Assembly (NCBI GenBank): GCA_002730525.1
Contig: PCAK01000032.1
Location: 138,580-202,579 of the forward strand
Reading direction: 5' to 3'
DNA length: 64,000 bases
Origin: Acidobacteriota bacterium
Lineage (GTDB): Bacteria > Acidobacteriota > Vicinamibacteria > Vicinamibacterales > UBA823
Under the pieces are notes generated by a model, which was not told where the DNA came from, made no database searches, and worked only from the letters and a program-made list of their open reading frames with translations. The translations under genes and the position numbers were made by a program. Each line of letters starts with the position of its first letter. Position 1 is the first letter of the stretch. This document shows positions 1 to 9,389 of this stretch, piece by piece.

Positions 1-527
1 CGCTGGAGTACGCCTACACCGATATCGTCGGGCTCCGCGAGCACGTGCCGCTCGGGATCATGCGCGAGATGCACCGCTGGGGCGCCCACGCGATGGTCAT
101 CACGGTCTGGCTGCATATGTTCCGCGTCTTCATGACCGGGTCGTACAAGCCACCGCGCGAGTTTAACTGGAATGTCGGCGTCATCATGCTGGTGCTGACG
201 CTGCTACTGTCGTTCACGGGCTACCTGCTGCCCTGGGATCAGCTGGCCATCTGGGCGATCACCGTCGGGTCGAACATGGCGAGGGCCACACCGTTCCTCG
301 GCTATGAGGGACCCGGCGCCTCGCTGCTGGCGCTGGGCGACGTGCAGCTCATTCACGCGGCCGACGATGCGCGGTTCGCGCTGCTCGGGGGCACGTTCGT
401 CGGGGAGGGCGCGCTGCTCCGGTTCTACGTCCTGCACTGTGTCGGGCTGCCGCTCGCGATCGCGGTGCTGATGGCGGTGCATTTCTGGCGCGTGCGCAAG
501 GACGGCGGTATCTCCGGTCCGCTCTAG
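1..527 (+). CDS. cytochrome b, N-terminal (b6-like) subunit of a cytochrome bc complex; 5' end lies upstream of the window
   Basis: Frame 3 is open from nt 3 ([29 protein letters not shown]...). The [17 protein letters not shown] and [13 protein letters not shown] helices are typical of the haem-binding core of cytochrome b/b6. The ORF stops after about helix D, as in split b6-type genes. Confidence 0.85.
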   Translation, partial: LEYAYTDIVGLREHVPLGIMREMHRWGAHAMVITVWLHMFRVFMTGSYKPPREFNWNVGVIMLVLTLLLSFTGYLLPWDQLAIWAITVGSNMARATPFLGYEGPGASLLALGDVQLIHAADDARFALLGGTFVGEGALLRFYVLHCVGLPLAIAVLMAVHFWRVRKDGGISGPL

Positions 528-555
528 AGCCTGAGGACAGCTCGAGTTTGAACCT

Positions 556-1632
556 ATGAATGCGATTAAGGAATTCTTCAACTTCTTCGCCGACCCCCGC
601 GTCTTCTTCCTGCTGACGACGGGCGCGTTCGTGTTCGCGGTGTGGCGGCGGGATCTCTTCGTGAAGCCGAGCGTCGGCTACGGTTTGCAGATCTTTCTCG
701 CGTTGTTCTTCGGGCTCGGCCTGCTCGACGAGAACTTCAGGCTGATCATCGGCAAGCCGGACAACGTGCCGATCGTCGGCCTGATCTTCCTGCTGCTGTT
801 CTTCACCTGGTACTCGATGCGCCAGGCGGTCCTGAACGACCAGCGGATCGCCAAAGGCGAGCCGGTCGAGGAGAAGGTGGAGGAGGACCGCGTCTGGGTC
901 TGGCCGGATCTCGTGTACGTCGAGTTGATCTGCCTGGTGCTCTGCTCCGTGGCCCTGATCGTCTGGTCGATCGTCCTGAAGGCACCGCTGGAGCAGCCCG
1001 CCAACGCCGCGGCGACGCCGAACCCGTCGAAGGCACCGTGGTACTTCCTCGGCCTGCAGGAGATGCTCGTCTACTTCGACCCCTGGCTGGCCGGTGTCGT
1101 GTTGCCCAGCCTGATAATCGTCGGGTTGATGGCGATCCCGTATATCGACACGAACCCGAAGGGGAACGGCTACTACACGTTCAAGGAGCGGAAGGCCGAG
1201 ATCACCATCTTCCTTTTCGGCTTCGTGGTGCTCTGGTCGTCGCTGATCGTGCTCGGCACGTTCCTGCGCGGGCCGAACTGGAACTTTTTCGGGCCGTTCG
1301 AGTACTGGGACATCCACAAGCTCGAGGCGCTGACGAACGTCAACCTGTCGGAGTACATCTGGCTCCGAGGTTTGGGTGTCGGCATGCCCTCGCACTGGCT
1401 GATCCGCGAGTTGCCGGGGATCCTCATCGTGCTGTTCTACGTTTTCGGACTGCCGGTCGTGTTCGCGCGCACGGTGTTCAAGCGGTACTACGAGAAGCTT
1501 GGGCCGACGCGATTCTACGTGACGGCGTTCCTCTTCCTGTCGATGCTCTCGCTGCCGGTGAAGATGCTCGCACGGTGGCTGTTCAACCTGAAGTACGTCG
1601 TCGCGATTGGGGAGCTCTTCTTCAACATCTGA
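556..1632 (+). CDS. cytochrome bc complex subunit-IV-like / cytochrome b C-terminal-domain membrane protein (enlarged, 358 aa)
   Basis: Polytopic membrane protein directly downstream of cytochrome b. The PSKAPWYFLGLQEMLVYF segment corresponds to the PEWY-type Qo-site motif of the cytochrome b C-terminal domain/PetD. It has extra N- and C-terminal helices. Confidence 0.75.
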   Translation: MNAIKEFFNFFADPRVFFLLTTGAFVFAVWRRDLFVKPSVGYGLQIFLALFFGLGLLDENFRLIIGKPDNVPIVGLIFLLLFFTWYSMRQAVLNDQRIAKGEPVEEKVEEDRVWVWPDLVYVELICLVLCSVALIVWSIVLKAPLEQPANAAATPNPSKAPWYFLGLQEMLVYFDPWLAGVVLPSLIIVGLMAIPYIDTNPKGNGYYTFKERKAEITIFLFGFVVLWSSLIVLGTFLRGPNWNFFGPFEYWDIHKLEALTNVNLSEYIWLRGLGVGMPSHWLIRELPGILIVLFYVFGLPVVFARTVFKRYYEKLGPTRFYVTAFLFLSMLSLPVKMLARWLFNLKYVVAIGELFFNI

Positions 1633-1644
1633 CCGATCACCCAT

Positions 1645-4488
1645 ATGGCTGACAAGAAGGCTGTCGGACACGCCTACAACATCGATTTCCTGAACGTCAT
1701 CTTCGCGGCGTCGAGCATCTTGCTCTTCATCTCCACCCTCTGGATGGTTTGGGACGACTACGACCGCGAGTGGAAGAACTACCAGCGCCGCTTCGTGCAG
1801 TTGGAGACGGAAGTGACGCGCGTGGCCCTCGAAGCGGCCAACGCCGAGATCGATCCGGCCGTGCTCGAGCAATTCGGGGCCGACCGCGCGGCGGCCGAGG
1901 CAGCGCTGGCCGGGCAAGAGGAACAACTCACGGCCCTCGAAGAGCAGGAGGCCGAGGTTGCGATCCAGTTGACGGTGGCCAGCCAGATTCACCAGTTCAC
2001 CAAGGCCGACTACGACGTCGACAAGTACGCGCTGGAAGTCGATCGCGAAGGCGCCGAGGAGGGCGCATTCGCCGAGCGCGAAGCGGAGGTCGAGGCGAAG
2101 TACGACGAGTGGCTGGCCCTTGGCCTAGAGGTCGAGCGGCTAACGGCCGAAAGTGACGGCCTTCGGGGACAGATCGGCGAGATCCGCCAGGGAGTGACCG
2201 ATCTCGACGACCAGATTCGGGGATTGACCTCGGAGACGACGCGCCTGGAGGAACGGCTGGCCGACCTGGCCCCGAGCCTGATCAACGACTACCTGCTCAA
2301 CGCGCCGCTCATCGACTTCATGGCGCCTTCGATCACGGTGCGCCAGGTCATCCTGCCGAACATTCTGGACGATCTGAACTTCATCCGTGTGCCGAAGATG
2401 GACCGGTGCATGACCTGCCATCTGGCGATCGATCGCGAGGGCTACGAGGAGTATCCGCAGCCGTTCGCCACACATCCGAATCTCGACACCTACGTCAGCA
2501 GCGGTTCGCCGCACGCGCTCGAGACGACCGGCTGCACCGTCTGTCACGAGGGGATGCCGCAGTCGATCAGCTTCCGCGACGCTGCACACACGCCGACCAA
2601 CCTCGACCAGGAGCACGAGTGGGTGGAGGCCTACGGCTGGGAAGAGCCGCACCTCTGGGACTATCCGATGCTGCCGAGCGGAATGGCGGAGGCGTCGTGC
2701 GCGAAGTGCCACGTCGAGGAGGTGCACGTGCCAGAGGCCGGCGTGCTCAACCTCGCCTATGGACTCTACGAGCGAGCCGGCTGTTACACCTGTCACAAGA
2801 CGGCCGGTTTCGAGGAACTGCGCGAGCCGGGCCCGAGTCTGCGGCGGGTAGGAGCCAAGCTGACGCCTGAGTGGGTCGCCGGCTGGATTCGCGATCCACG
2901 CGCGATCAAGCAGACGACCTGGATGCCGAGGGTCTGGTACGGCACGAACACGTCGACGCCCGAGGATGCACGCCGCAACGAGGTCGAGATCGACGCCGCG
3001 GTCGCCTACTTGTTCGCTTCCTCGAGTGACTTCGAATTCGCCGTGCAGGTCCCTCGGCGCGGCGACGCCGCTGAGGGCCAGCGTCTCGTCGAATCGGTCG
3101 GGTGCCTGGCGTGCCACGTAGCCGGCGACGAGGGGCGTCTCGAGGCGGGGCCACGGCGGACGTTCGGCCAGGCGCTGCAGAACATCGGCAGCAAGACGAC
3201 CTACGAGTGGGTGTTCGACTGGGTGCGCGATCCGCAGCACTACAGCGAGAGCACCTACATGCCAGACCTGCGCCTCACCGACGACGAGGCGGCCGACGTG
3301 GCGACCTACCTGATGTCGCTGACGGGCGGCACGCCGCGGGCGGCCGAAGCGACCTACGACCAGGTCTACGCCGACGAGGTGCTGCTGGATTACCTGAAGG
3401 CGATCGTGCCGACCGCCGAGGCGGAGGCGACGGTGGCGGGCTTGTCGGCGGAGGAGCGGACGATCGAGCTGGGCGAGCGGGTCATCGGCCGGTATGGCTG
3501 TTTCAGCTGCCACGACATCCCCGGCTTTGAGGAGACGCAGCCGATCGGGACGGAGCTGTCCGAGGAAGGCACGAAGCTGATCTCGCAGCTCGACTTCGCG
3601 CACGTCGAGATTCCGCATACGAAGATCGACTGGTTCGAGAACAAGCTGCTCGATCCGCGGATCTACGACGAGAACCGGGTGCTGCAGCCGCTCGAGAAGC
3701 TCCGCATGCCCGACTACGGGTTCAGCGAGGAAGAGACCCACCTCCTGGTCACCGCGATCATGAGCTTCCAGCGCGAGGTCCAGCCGACCGCGGCGCTCGT
3801 GCCGGGCTCGGCGCGGCAGGAAGCGCTCAGGGCCGGACGGACGCTGACGCGACGGCGCAACTGTGTTGCGTGCCACGAGATCGAGAACGACGGCGGCGAC
3901 TACGTGACGCTGGTCGACGACCCGTCACTAGCGCCGCCGCTCCTGACGCCGCAGGGCGCCAAGGTGAAGCCCGACTGGAACTACGCCTTCTTCAAGGATC
4001 CGATCGCGATCCGACCGTGGCTCGACGTCCGGATGCCGACGTTCGACCTGGAGGACGAGCAGTGGAACGAGTTGCTCGGCTACTTCGCCGCCGTATCCGA
4101 GTCGATCGGCCCGTTCCGGGCGCACACCGTGGCGTCGGCGCGGGGTGAGTTCATGGCAACCGGCGAGGAACTGTTCGACCTGCTCCGGTGCCAGCAGTGC
4201 CACGTCCTCGACGAGATTCCGCCGGATCAGCCGACCGAGAATCTGGCGCCCGACCTCAGGATGACGCCCGAGCGGCTGCAGGCCGACTGGGTCATCGACT
4301 GGATCCGGATACCCCAGACGATTCAGCCCGGGACCCGGATGCCGGCGTTCTGGCCGAACTACCCGGAGACGTTCTACCAGCAGTTCGATCAGAACGCCGA
4401 AGAGCAGATCCGGTCGATCCGGGACCACATGCTGACCTTCAGCGGTGGGCCGCGGCCGGCGGAGCCGGTCGTGAACGTTGGCGACTAG
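1645..4488 (+). CDS. membrane-anchored multihaem c-type cytochrome (8 CxxCH motifs) with N-terminal TM helix and long coiled-coil region
   Basis: Haem-binding motifs CMTCH, CTVCH, CAKCH, CYTCH, CLACH, CFSCH, CVACH and CQQCH. N-terminal hydrophobic helix NVIFAASSILLFISTLWMVW, followed by roughly 180 aa of E/A/L/R-rich heptad-like sequence. Third gene of the bc operon. Confidence 0.85.
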   Translation: MADKKAVGHAYNIDFLNVIFAASSILLFISTLWMVWDDYDREWKNYQRRFVQLETEVTRVALEAANAEIDPAVLEQFGADRAAAEAALAGQEEQLTALEEQEAEVAIQLTVASQIHQFTKADYDVDKYALEVDREGAEEGAFAEREAEVEAKYDEWLALGLEVERLTAESDGLRGQIGEIRQGVTDLDDQIRGLTSETTRLEERLADLAPSLINDYLLNAPLIDFMAPSITVRQVILPNILDDLNFIRVPKMDRCMTCHLAIDREGYEEYPQPFATHPNLDTYVSSGSPHALETTGCTVCHEGMPQSISFRDAAHTPTNLDQEHEWVEAYGWEEPHLWDYPMLPSGMAEASCAKCHVEEVHVPEAGVLNLAYGLYERAGCYTCHKTAGFEELREPGPSLRRVGAKLTPEWVAGWIRDPRAIKQTTWMPRVWYGTNTSTPEDARRNEVEIDAAVAYLFASSSDFEFAVQVPRRGDAAEGQRLVESVGCLACHVAGDEGRLEAGPRRTFGQALQNIGSKTTYEWVFDWVRDPQHYSESTYMPDLRLTDDEAADVATYLMSLTGGTPRAAEATYDQVYADEVLLDYLKAIVPTAEAEATVAGLSAEERTIELGERVIGRYGCFSCHDIPGFEETQPIGTELSEEGTKLISQLDFAHVEIPHTKIDWFENKLLDPRIYDENRVLQPLEKLRMPDYGFSEEETHLLVTAIMSFQREVQPTAALVPGSARQEALRAGRTLTRRRNCVACHEIENDGGDYVTLVDDPSLAPPLLTPQGAKVKPDWNYAFFKDPIAIRPWLDVRMPTFDLEDEQWNELLGYFAAVSESIGPFRAHTVASARGEFMATGEELFDLLRCQQCHVLDEIPPDQPTENLAPDLRMTPERLQADWVIDWIRIPQTIQPGTRMPAFWPNYPETFYQQFDQNAEEQIRSIRDHMLTFSGGPRPAEPVVNVGD

Positions 4489-4526
4489 CCGTAGCGGTCG
4501 TTTCGCGGGAAGGCTGGGTGTTTCAA

Positions 4527-4554
4527 GACGGGCGCGGCTCCGGCCGCGCCCGTC
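4527..4554. terminator. GC-rich hairpin between convergent cytochrome c and pncA genes (possible bidirectional terminator)
   Basis: Perfect 12-bp stem GACGGGCGCGGC / GCCGCGCCCGTC with loop TCCG. There is no strong U-tract, so termination activity is uncertain. Confidence 0.4.
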
Positions 4555-4671
4555 GTCTGTACGGCCTTCCGAGAGCCGAACGACAGACTCGGGACCTGCG
4601 TAGGGCAGTCCTTCAGGGCTGCCGGGCCGAGCCGTGGCCGGTGCGATAAGAGATCAAGGCAAGGCACCCAT

Positions 4672-5256
4672 CTACTTGAGGATACTGTCGCTTCGAGTGA
4701 GCGTGGCGCCGGCGGCTGCCATGGCCTCGAGGGCGGCGGCACCGTCGCCGGGATGCAGGTCGACAGCCGCGATCGCGTCGGTCGGGACACTGACGTCGAA
4801 GCCGTGCCCGAGGGCATCCAAAATAGAGTGCTTCACGCAGTAGTCGGTCGCGAGGCCGCCGACGTACAGCCGGGTGACCTCTCGGTGCCGCAGCGCCTCG
4901 AGCAATGGCTGCCCGGAGTCGGTTCGACCGTCGAAGGCGGAGTACCCGTCCTCGGTCGGTCCGATCCCCTTGCTGACCACGACGGTCCCGTCCGGCAGGT
5001 GGAGATCGTCGTGGAACGCTGCGCCGGTGGAGCCGGCGACGCAGTGTGGCGGCCAGGCGCCGCCAGCGTCGCGAAAGTGGGCCGATTCGGCAGGATGCCA
5101 GTCGCGCGAGGCGAGGACGGGCACGCCTCGGCGGTCGAACGCGCCGACGATCCGGTTTAGGACGGCGACGGCGCGGTCGGCATGCGGGACGGCCAGGGTG
5201 CCGCCGGCGCAGAAATCCTTCTGCACGTCGACCACCAGCAGTGCGGCCGGCTCCAT
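4672..5256 (-). CDS. pncA: nicotinamidase/pyrazinamidase (isochorismatase family)
   Basis: LLVVDVQKDFC start, WPPHCV and GLATDYCV (catalytic Cys) motifs, about 194 aa. Divergently paired with pncB. Confidence 0.85.
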   Translation of the reverse strand: MEPAALLVVDVQKDFCAGGTLAVPHADRAVAVLNRIVGAFDRRGVPVLASRDWHPAESAHFRDAGGAWPPHCVAGSTGAAFHDDLHLPDGTVVVSKGIGPTEDGYSAFDGRTDSGQPLLEALRHREVTRLYVGGLATDYCVKHSILDALGHGFDVSVPTDAIAAVDLHPGDGAAALEAMAAAGATLTRSDSILK

Positions 5257-5279
5257 GGACGCTAAGATAGCAAATAGCG

Positions 5280-6596
5280 ATGCCGAGCGCGCTCTCGACC
5301 GACCTGTACGAGGTGACGATGGCGGCGGGGTTCGTGGAGGGGGACCACGGCCGCGGCACGTTCGACCTCTATGTCAGGACGCTGCCGGAGACGCGGTCGT
5401 TTCTCGTCGCGGCCGGTCTCGAGCAGGGGCTCGCGTACCTGGAAACCGTGCGGTTCACGGCGGCCGAGGTGGCGTATCTCCGTACGGTGCCCGCGCTCGC
5501 GGAGCTGCCCGCGGCGTTCTTCGACGACTATCTCGCCCGATTCAGGTTCACCGGTGAGGTCTGGGCGATGGACGAGGGGACCCCGGTCTTCGCCAACGAA
5601 CCGATCCTTTCGATCACCGCGCCGCTGGCCGAGGCCCAGCTCGTCGAGACCGCGGTGCTCGCCATCGTCGGATTCCAGACGTCGATCGCGTCCAAGGCGG
5701 TGCGGGTGGCGGCGGCCGCGGCCGGGCGGCCCGCCATCGAGTTCGGCGGGCGGCGGGCTCACGGGACCGAGGCGGCGATGTGGGCCGCGAGGGCGGCGTT
5801 TCTCGGTGGCTGTGAAGCCACGTCGAACCTCGCGGCCGGGCGGGCGTTCGACATTCCGGTGTCGGGAACGATGGCGCATTCATGGGTCATGGCGCATGAC
5901 GGCGAGGAGGAGGCGTTCCGCCGCTACGCCGATCTCTTCGGCGATCAGGCGGTCCTGCTGCTGGATACCTACGACACGTGCGAGGCGGCGCGCCGCGTCG
6001 TGTCGAGTGGGTTGACGCCGGCGGCCGTCAGGCTCGACAGCGGCGACCTTGGGGCGCTGAGCCGCGACGTCCGCGGCATCCTCGACGGCGGAGGGCTGCG
6101 CGGCACGCGCATCCTCGTCAGCGGCGACCTCGACGAATATCGGATCGCGTCACTCGTCGCCAGCGGTGCGCCGGTGGACGGCTTCGGCGTCGGCACGGCG
6201 TTGAGCACCTCCAACGACGCGCCGGCGCTCGGTGTCGTCTACAAGCTGGCGGAGGTCGAGCGGGCGGGGTCCTGGATGGCAACGGCCAAGTCGAGCCCGG
6301 GCAAGGCGACCTGGGCCGGCCGGAAGCAGGTGTGGCGGATGCCCGCCGATGGGCGGGACCGGGTGGGGCTGCGTGACGAGCGCGCACCCGCGGGTGGGCA
6401 CGGTTTGCTGCGCTGCGTGATGCGCGACGGCACGAGGGTCGGGGACGCACCCGCGCTCGCCGACCGGCGAGCGGCCTGCCAGGCGGCGGTAGCGGGGCTC
6501 CCGGCTGGTGTGCGGCGCCTCGAGAACCCGCTCGGCTACCAGGTCGAGGTGAGCGACGCGCTGCGGGCGCTGTCGAAGGCAGCGATGACACGGTGA
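5280..6596 (+). CDS. pncB: nicotinate phosphoribosyltransferase
   Basis: N-terminal LSTDLYEVTMAAGF and SGTMAHSWVMAH motifs characteristic of NAPRTase, 438 aa. Confidence 0.85.
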   Translation: MPSALSTDLYEVTMAAGFVEGDHGRGTFDLYVRTLPETRSFLVAAGLEQGLAYLETVRFTAAEVAYLRTVPALAELPAAFFDDYLARFRFTGEVWAMDEGTPVFANEPILSITAPLAEAQLVETAVLAIVGFQTSIASKAVRVAAAAAGRPAIEFGGRRAHGTEAAMWAARAAFLGGCEATSNLAAGRAFDIPVSGTMAHSWVMAHDGEEEAFRRYADLFGDQAVLLLDTYDTCEAARRVVSSGLTPAAVRLDSGDLGALSRDVRGILDGGGLRGTRILVSGDLDEYRIASLVASGAPVDGFGVGTALSTSNDAPALGVVYKLAEVERAGSWMATAKSSPGKATWAGRKQVWRMPADGRDRVGLRDERAPAGGHGLLRCVMRDGTRVGDAPALADRRAACQAAVAGLPAGVRRLENPLGYQVEVSDALRALSKAAMTR

Positions 6597-6657
6597 GGGC
6601 TGTGCCGAGACCTCTGAGTGGGATCGAACGGGCATGGTCTCCACGCATTGATGAACG

Positions 6658-8112
6658 ATGAACCTAGATGAGCGCTTCCTGCGCGCGCTCCGCGACATCG
6701 TGGGCGAGTCCGGTCTGGTCGGCGACGCGGCCGATCGGCTGACCTACGAATGCGATGCGCTGACCCATCTGCGCGCCATGCCAGGCGTCGTCGTCCTGCC
6801 CGCGAGTGTGCAGCAAGTGCAAGAGGTGGTCCGGCTCTGTCACAGTGCCGGCGTGCCGTTCGTGGCGCGGGGTCACGGTACCGGGCTGTCGGGCGGCGCC
6901 TTGCCGGTCGAGGACGGCGTTCTCGTCGTGCTGACGCGGCTCGATCGGATCCTCGACATCGACGCGCCCAACCGCCGGATGACCGTCCAGCCGGGAGTGA
7001 CGAATCTCGAGGTCAGCCGGCGCGCGGCGCCGTTCGGTCTGTACTACGCGCCCGATCCGTCGTCGCAGCAGATCTGTTCGATCGGCGGCAACGTCGCCGA
7101 GAACTCGGGCGGCGCCCACTGCCTGAAGTACGGCTTCACGGTGCATCACGTGCTCGGCCTCGATGTGGTCATGCCCGATGGTGCGCTAGTCAAGCTGGGC
7201 GGTCCGGTGCCGGACCGGCCGGGGTTCGACCTGGTCGGCGCCCTGGTCGGATCCGAGGGGACGCTGGGGGTCGTGACCGAGGTCGTCCTGCGACTGCTAC
7301 GGCTGCCCGAGGATGTCAGAACGCTCCTGGCGGCGTTCTCGTCCACCGACGCCGCGGGCGCGGCGGTGTCCGGCATCATCGCGGCCGGGATCGTTCCGGC
7401 GGCGGTGGAGATGATGGATCGGCTGACGATCAAGGCGGCCGAGGCGGCGGTGCACCCCAACTTCCCGCAGGCCGAGGCCGTGCTGATCGTCGAACTCGAC
7501 GGCCCGCGTGCCGAAGTCGGCGCGCTGTTCCGTCGCGTCGAGTCGGTCTGCCGCGAGGCTGGGGCGAGCGAGGTGCGCGTGGCGGCTGATGCCGACGAGC
7601 GTGCGCGTTTCTGGGCGGGGCGAAAGGCGGCGTTCGCGGCGATGGGTCGGGTTTCGCCGGACTACTACGTTCAGGACGGCGTGATCCCCCGCACGAAGCT
7701 GTCGGAAGTCTTGCGGCGGATCCGCGCGCTGGCGGAGCGTTCCGGACTGCGGATCGGCAACGTGTTTCATGCGGGCGACGGCAACTTGCACCCGCTCATC
7801 TGCTACGACGGCGCCGTGGAGGGGCAGGCCGAACTCGCCGCCGCCGTGGGCGGTGAGATTCTTCAGTACTGCGTGGAGGCGGGTGGGTCGATCACGGGTG
7901 AGCACGGCGTTGGCGCCGACAAGGCGGCGCACATGGCGAAGATGTTCAGCGAGGTCGACCTCGAGACGATGCACCGGCTGCGGTGCGCGTTCGACCCTTC
8001 TGGCCTCTGCAACCCGCAGAAGATCTTTCCGACGCCACGGCTGTGCGGGGAAGTGCCGCGTCCCTACCGGGCGCACCCGGTCGTGCGCGCCGGATTGGCC
8101 GAGCGGTTCTGA
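6658..8112 (+). CDS. glcD: glycolate oxidase subunit GlcD (FAD-linked oxidase)
   Basis: FAD-binding PCMH-type N-terminus (VVLPASVQQVQEVVRLC, ARGHGTGLSGGA) and C-terminal GSITGEHGVG motif. First of three coupled genes. Confidence 0.85.
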   Translation: MNLDERFLRALRDIVGESGLVGDAADRLTYECDALTHLRAMPGVVVLPASVQQVQEVVRLCHSAGVPFVARGHGTGLSGGALPVEDGVLVVLTRLDRILDIDAPNRRMTVQPGVTNLEVSRRAAPFGLYYAPDPSSQQICSIGGNVAENSGGAHCLKYGFTVHHVLGLDVVMPDGALVKLGGPVPDRPGFDLVGALVGSEGTLGVVTEVVLRLLRLPEDVRTLLAAFSSTDAAGAAVSGIIAAGIVPAAVEMMDRLTIKAAEAAVHPNFPQAEAVLIVELDGPRAEVGALFRRVESVCREAGASEVRVAADADERARFWAGRKAAFAAMGRVSPDYYVQDGVIPRTKLSEVLRRIRALAERSGLRIGNVFHAGDGNLHPLICYDGAVEGQAELAAAVGGEILQYCVEAGGSITGEHGVGADKAAHMAKMFSEVDLETMHRLRCAFDPSGLCNPQKIFPTPRLCGEVPRPYRAHPVVRAGLAERF

Positions 8113-9389
8113 TGGCCGCGGTCAACGAACTTGCGGCGGTCGCAGCGCGCGTGGCGGGGGAGGGCGCCGTCCGTGTCGGCGCGACGGCCGTCTGCGGCGT
8201 CGTGCCGGGGATCGTGGTTGCACCCAAGAGCGTCGCGGCCCTATCGGAAACGCTGCGCTGGGCGCACGGGCGGCGTCTGGCGGTCGTCCCCACCGGCGCC
8301 GGCACCAAGCTCGAGTGGGGCGGCGTCCCGCCACGGATCGATCTCCTGCTGTCGCTCGGCCGCCTCGATGCCGTCGTGGCGCATCGCCACGGCGACCTGA
8401 CCGCAACCGTGCAGGCCGGCGCCTCCCTAGGTCGGGTGAATGAGCTGCTGCGACGCCACGGCCAGTGGTTGCCGCTCGACCCCGCGCACGGCGAGCGCGC
8501 TACGATCGGCGGCATAGTCGCGACCAACGACGCTGGCCCGCGCCGCCATCGACACGGCGCGCCGCGGGAGCTCATTCTCGGCGTCACGTTCGTGCGGGCC
8601 GACGGCGCGATAGCGAGCGCAGGCGGGATCGTCGTGAAGAACGTGGCCGGTTACGACCTCTCGAGGCTGCTGACCGGCTCGTTCGGCGCGCTCGGGGTCG
8701 TCGTCGACGCGACCTTCAAGCTGTCGCCGTTGCCGCCAACCTCGCGAACGGTCGTCGCCGCCGGCCTCGACCCCGGGACGATCGATGGCGCGACCAGCGC
8801 CGTCATGGCGAGCCAGCTGGCGCCGAGTGCCCTGGAGGTGCAGGGCCCCCCGTTCTCCCTCCTGGCGCGCTTCGAGACGGTGCAGGAGGCCTCTGAGCGC
8901 CAGGCTGAGGAAGTGGCCGCGCTCTGGCGCGGGTGCGGTGCGGCCGACACCGGGGTCTTGACCGGTGCGGCCGAGACCGAGCGCTGGACGGCCCACCACG
9001 ACGCGGTCTGGGGCCGTGAGGACGATATCTGCCGGATCGGGCTCTTGCCCGACCAGTTGCCCGGCCTTCTGGAGGAGTTCGTCGGCCTGCTGCAGCGCCA
9101 CGAGATCGAAGGGCAGCTGGCCGGCCGGGTCGAGACCGGCGCGCTTCACGCCCGGATAGGGACCGATGCCGCGGCATCGCGGGCGATCATCGATCGGCTG
9201 CGAGCTCGGGTCGAGCCTCGCGGCGGCCATGTCGCCCTGCTGCGGGGCTCGCCGGCCCTGCGGGCGCAGATCGAGCCGTGGGGGGCGATGGGTGACGCCA
9301 CCGGTGTCATGGATGCGGTTAAGCGGCAGTTCGATCCCCAGGGCATCCTGAGCGCCGGGCGATGGCCGGAGGCGGAGGCCCGGGCATGA
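8112..9389 (+). CDS. glcE: glycolate oxidase FAD-binding subunit GlcE
   Basis: The ATG at 8112 overlaps the glcD TGA by 1 nt. FAD-binding fold (VVPTGAGTKLEWGG, VKNVAGYDL). The ORF-track start at 7983 lies inside glcD and is unlikely. Confidence 0.8.
   Translation: MAAVNELAAVAARVAGEGAVRVGATAVCGVVPGIVVAPKSVAALSETLRWAHGRRLAVVPTGAGTKLEWGGVPPRIDLLLSLGRLDAVVAHRHGDLTATVQAGASLGRVNELLRRHGQWLPLDPAHGERATIGGIVATNDAGPRRHRHGAPRELILGVTFVRADGAIASAGGIVVKNVAGYDLSRLLTGSFGALGVVVDATFKLSPLPPTSRTVVAAGLDPGTIDGATSAVMASQLAPSALEVQGPPFSLLARFETVQEASERQAEEVAALWRGCGAADTGVLTGAAETERWTAHHDAVWGREDDICRIGLLPDQLPGLLEEFVGLLQRHEIEGQLAGRVETGALHARIGTDAAASRAIIDRLRARVEPRGGHVALLRGSPALRAQIEPWGAMGDATGVMDAVKRQFDPQGILSAGRWPEAEARA

Noticed and set aside
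349-1992. Long ORFs antisense to, or out of frame within, recognised genes. This 547-aa minus-strand ORF is one; similar ones are 2140-3876(-), 33249-34730(-), 44101-45282(-), 49341-51140(-), 51107-52219(-), 56522-57667(-), 30132-31565(+) and many shorter ones.
   Set aside because: They are typical high-GC shadow ORFs. They have extreme Arg/Pro/Gly/Ala composition and no recognisable motifs. Each is fully overlapped by a gene with clear family signatures and proper GC3 bias.
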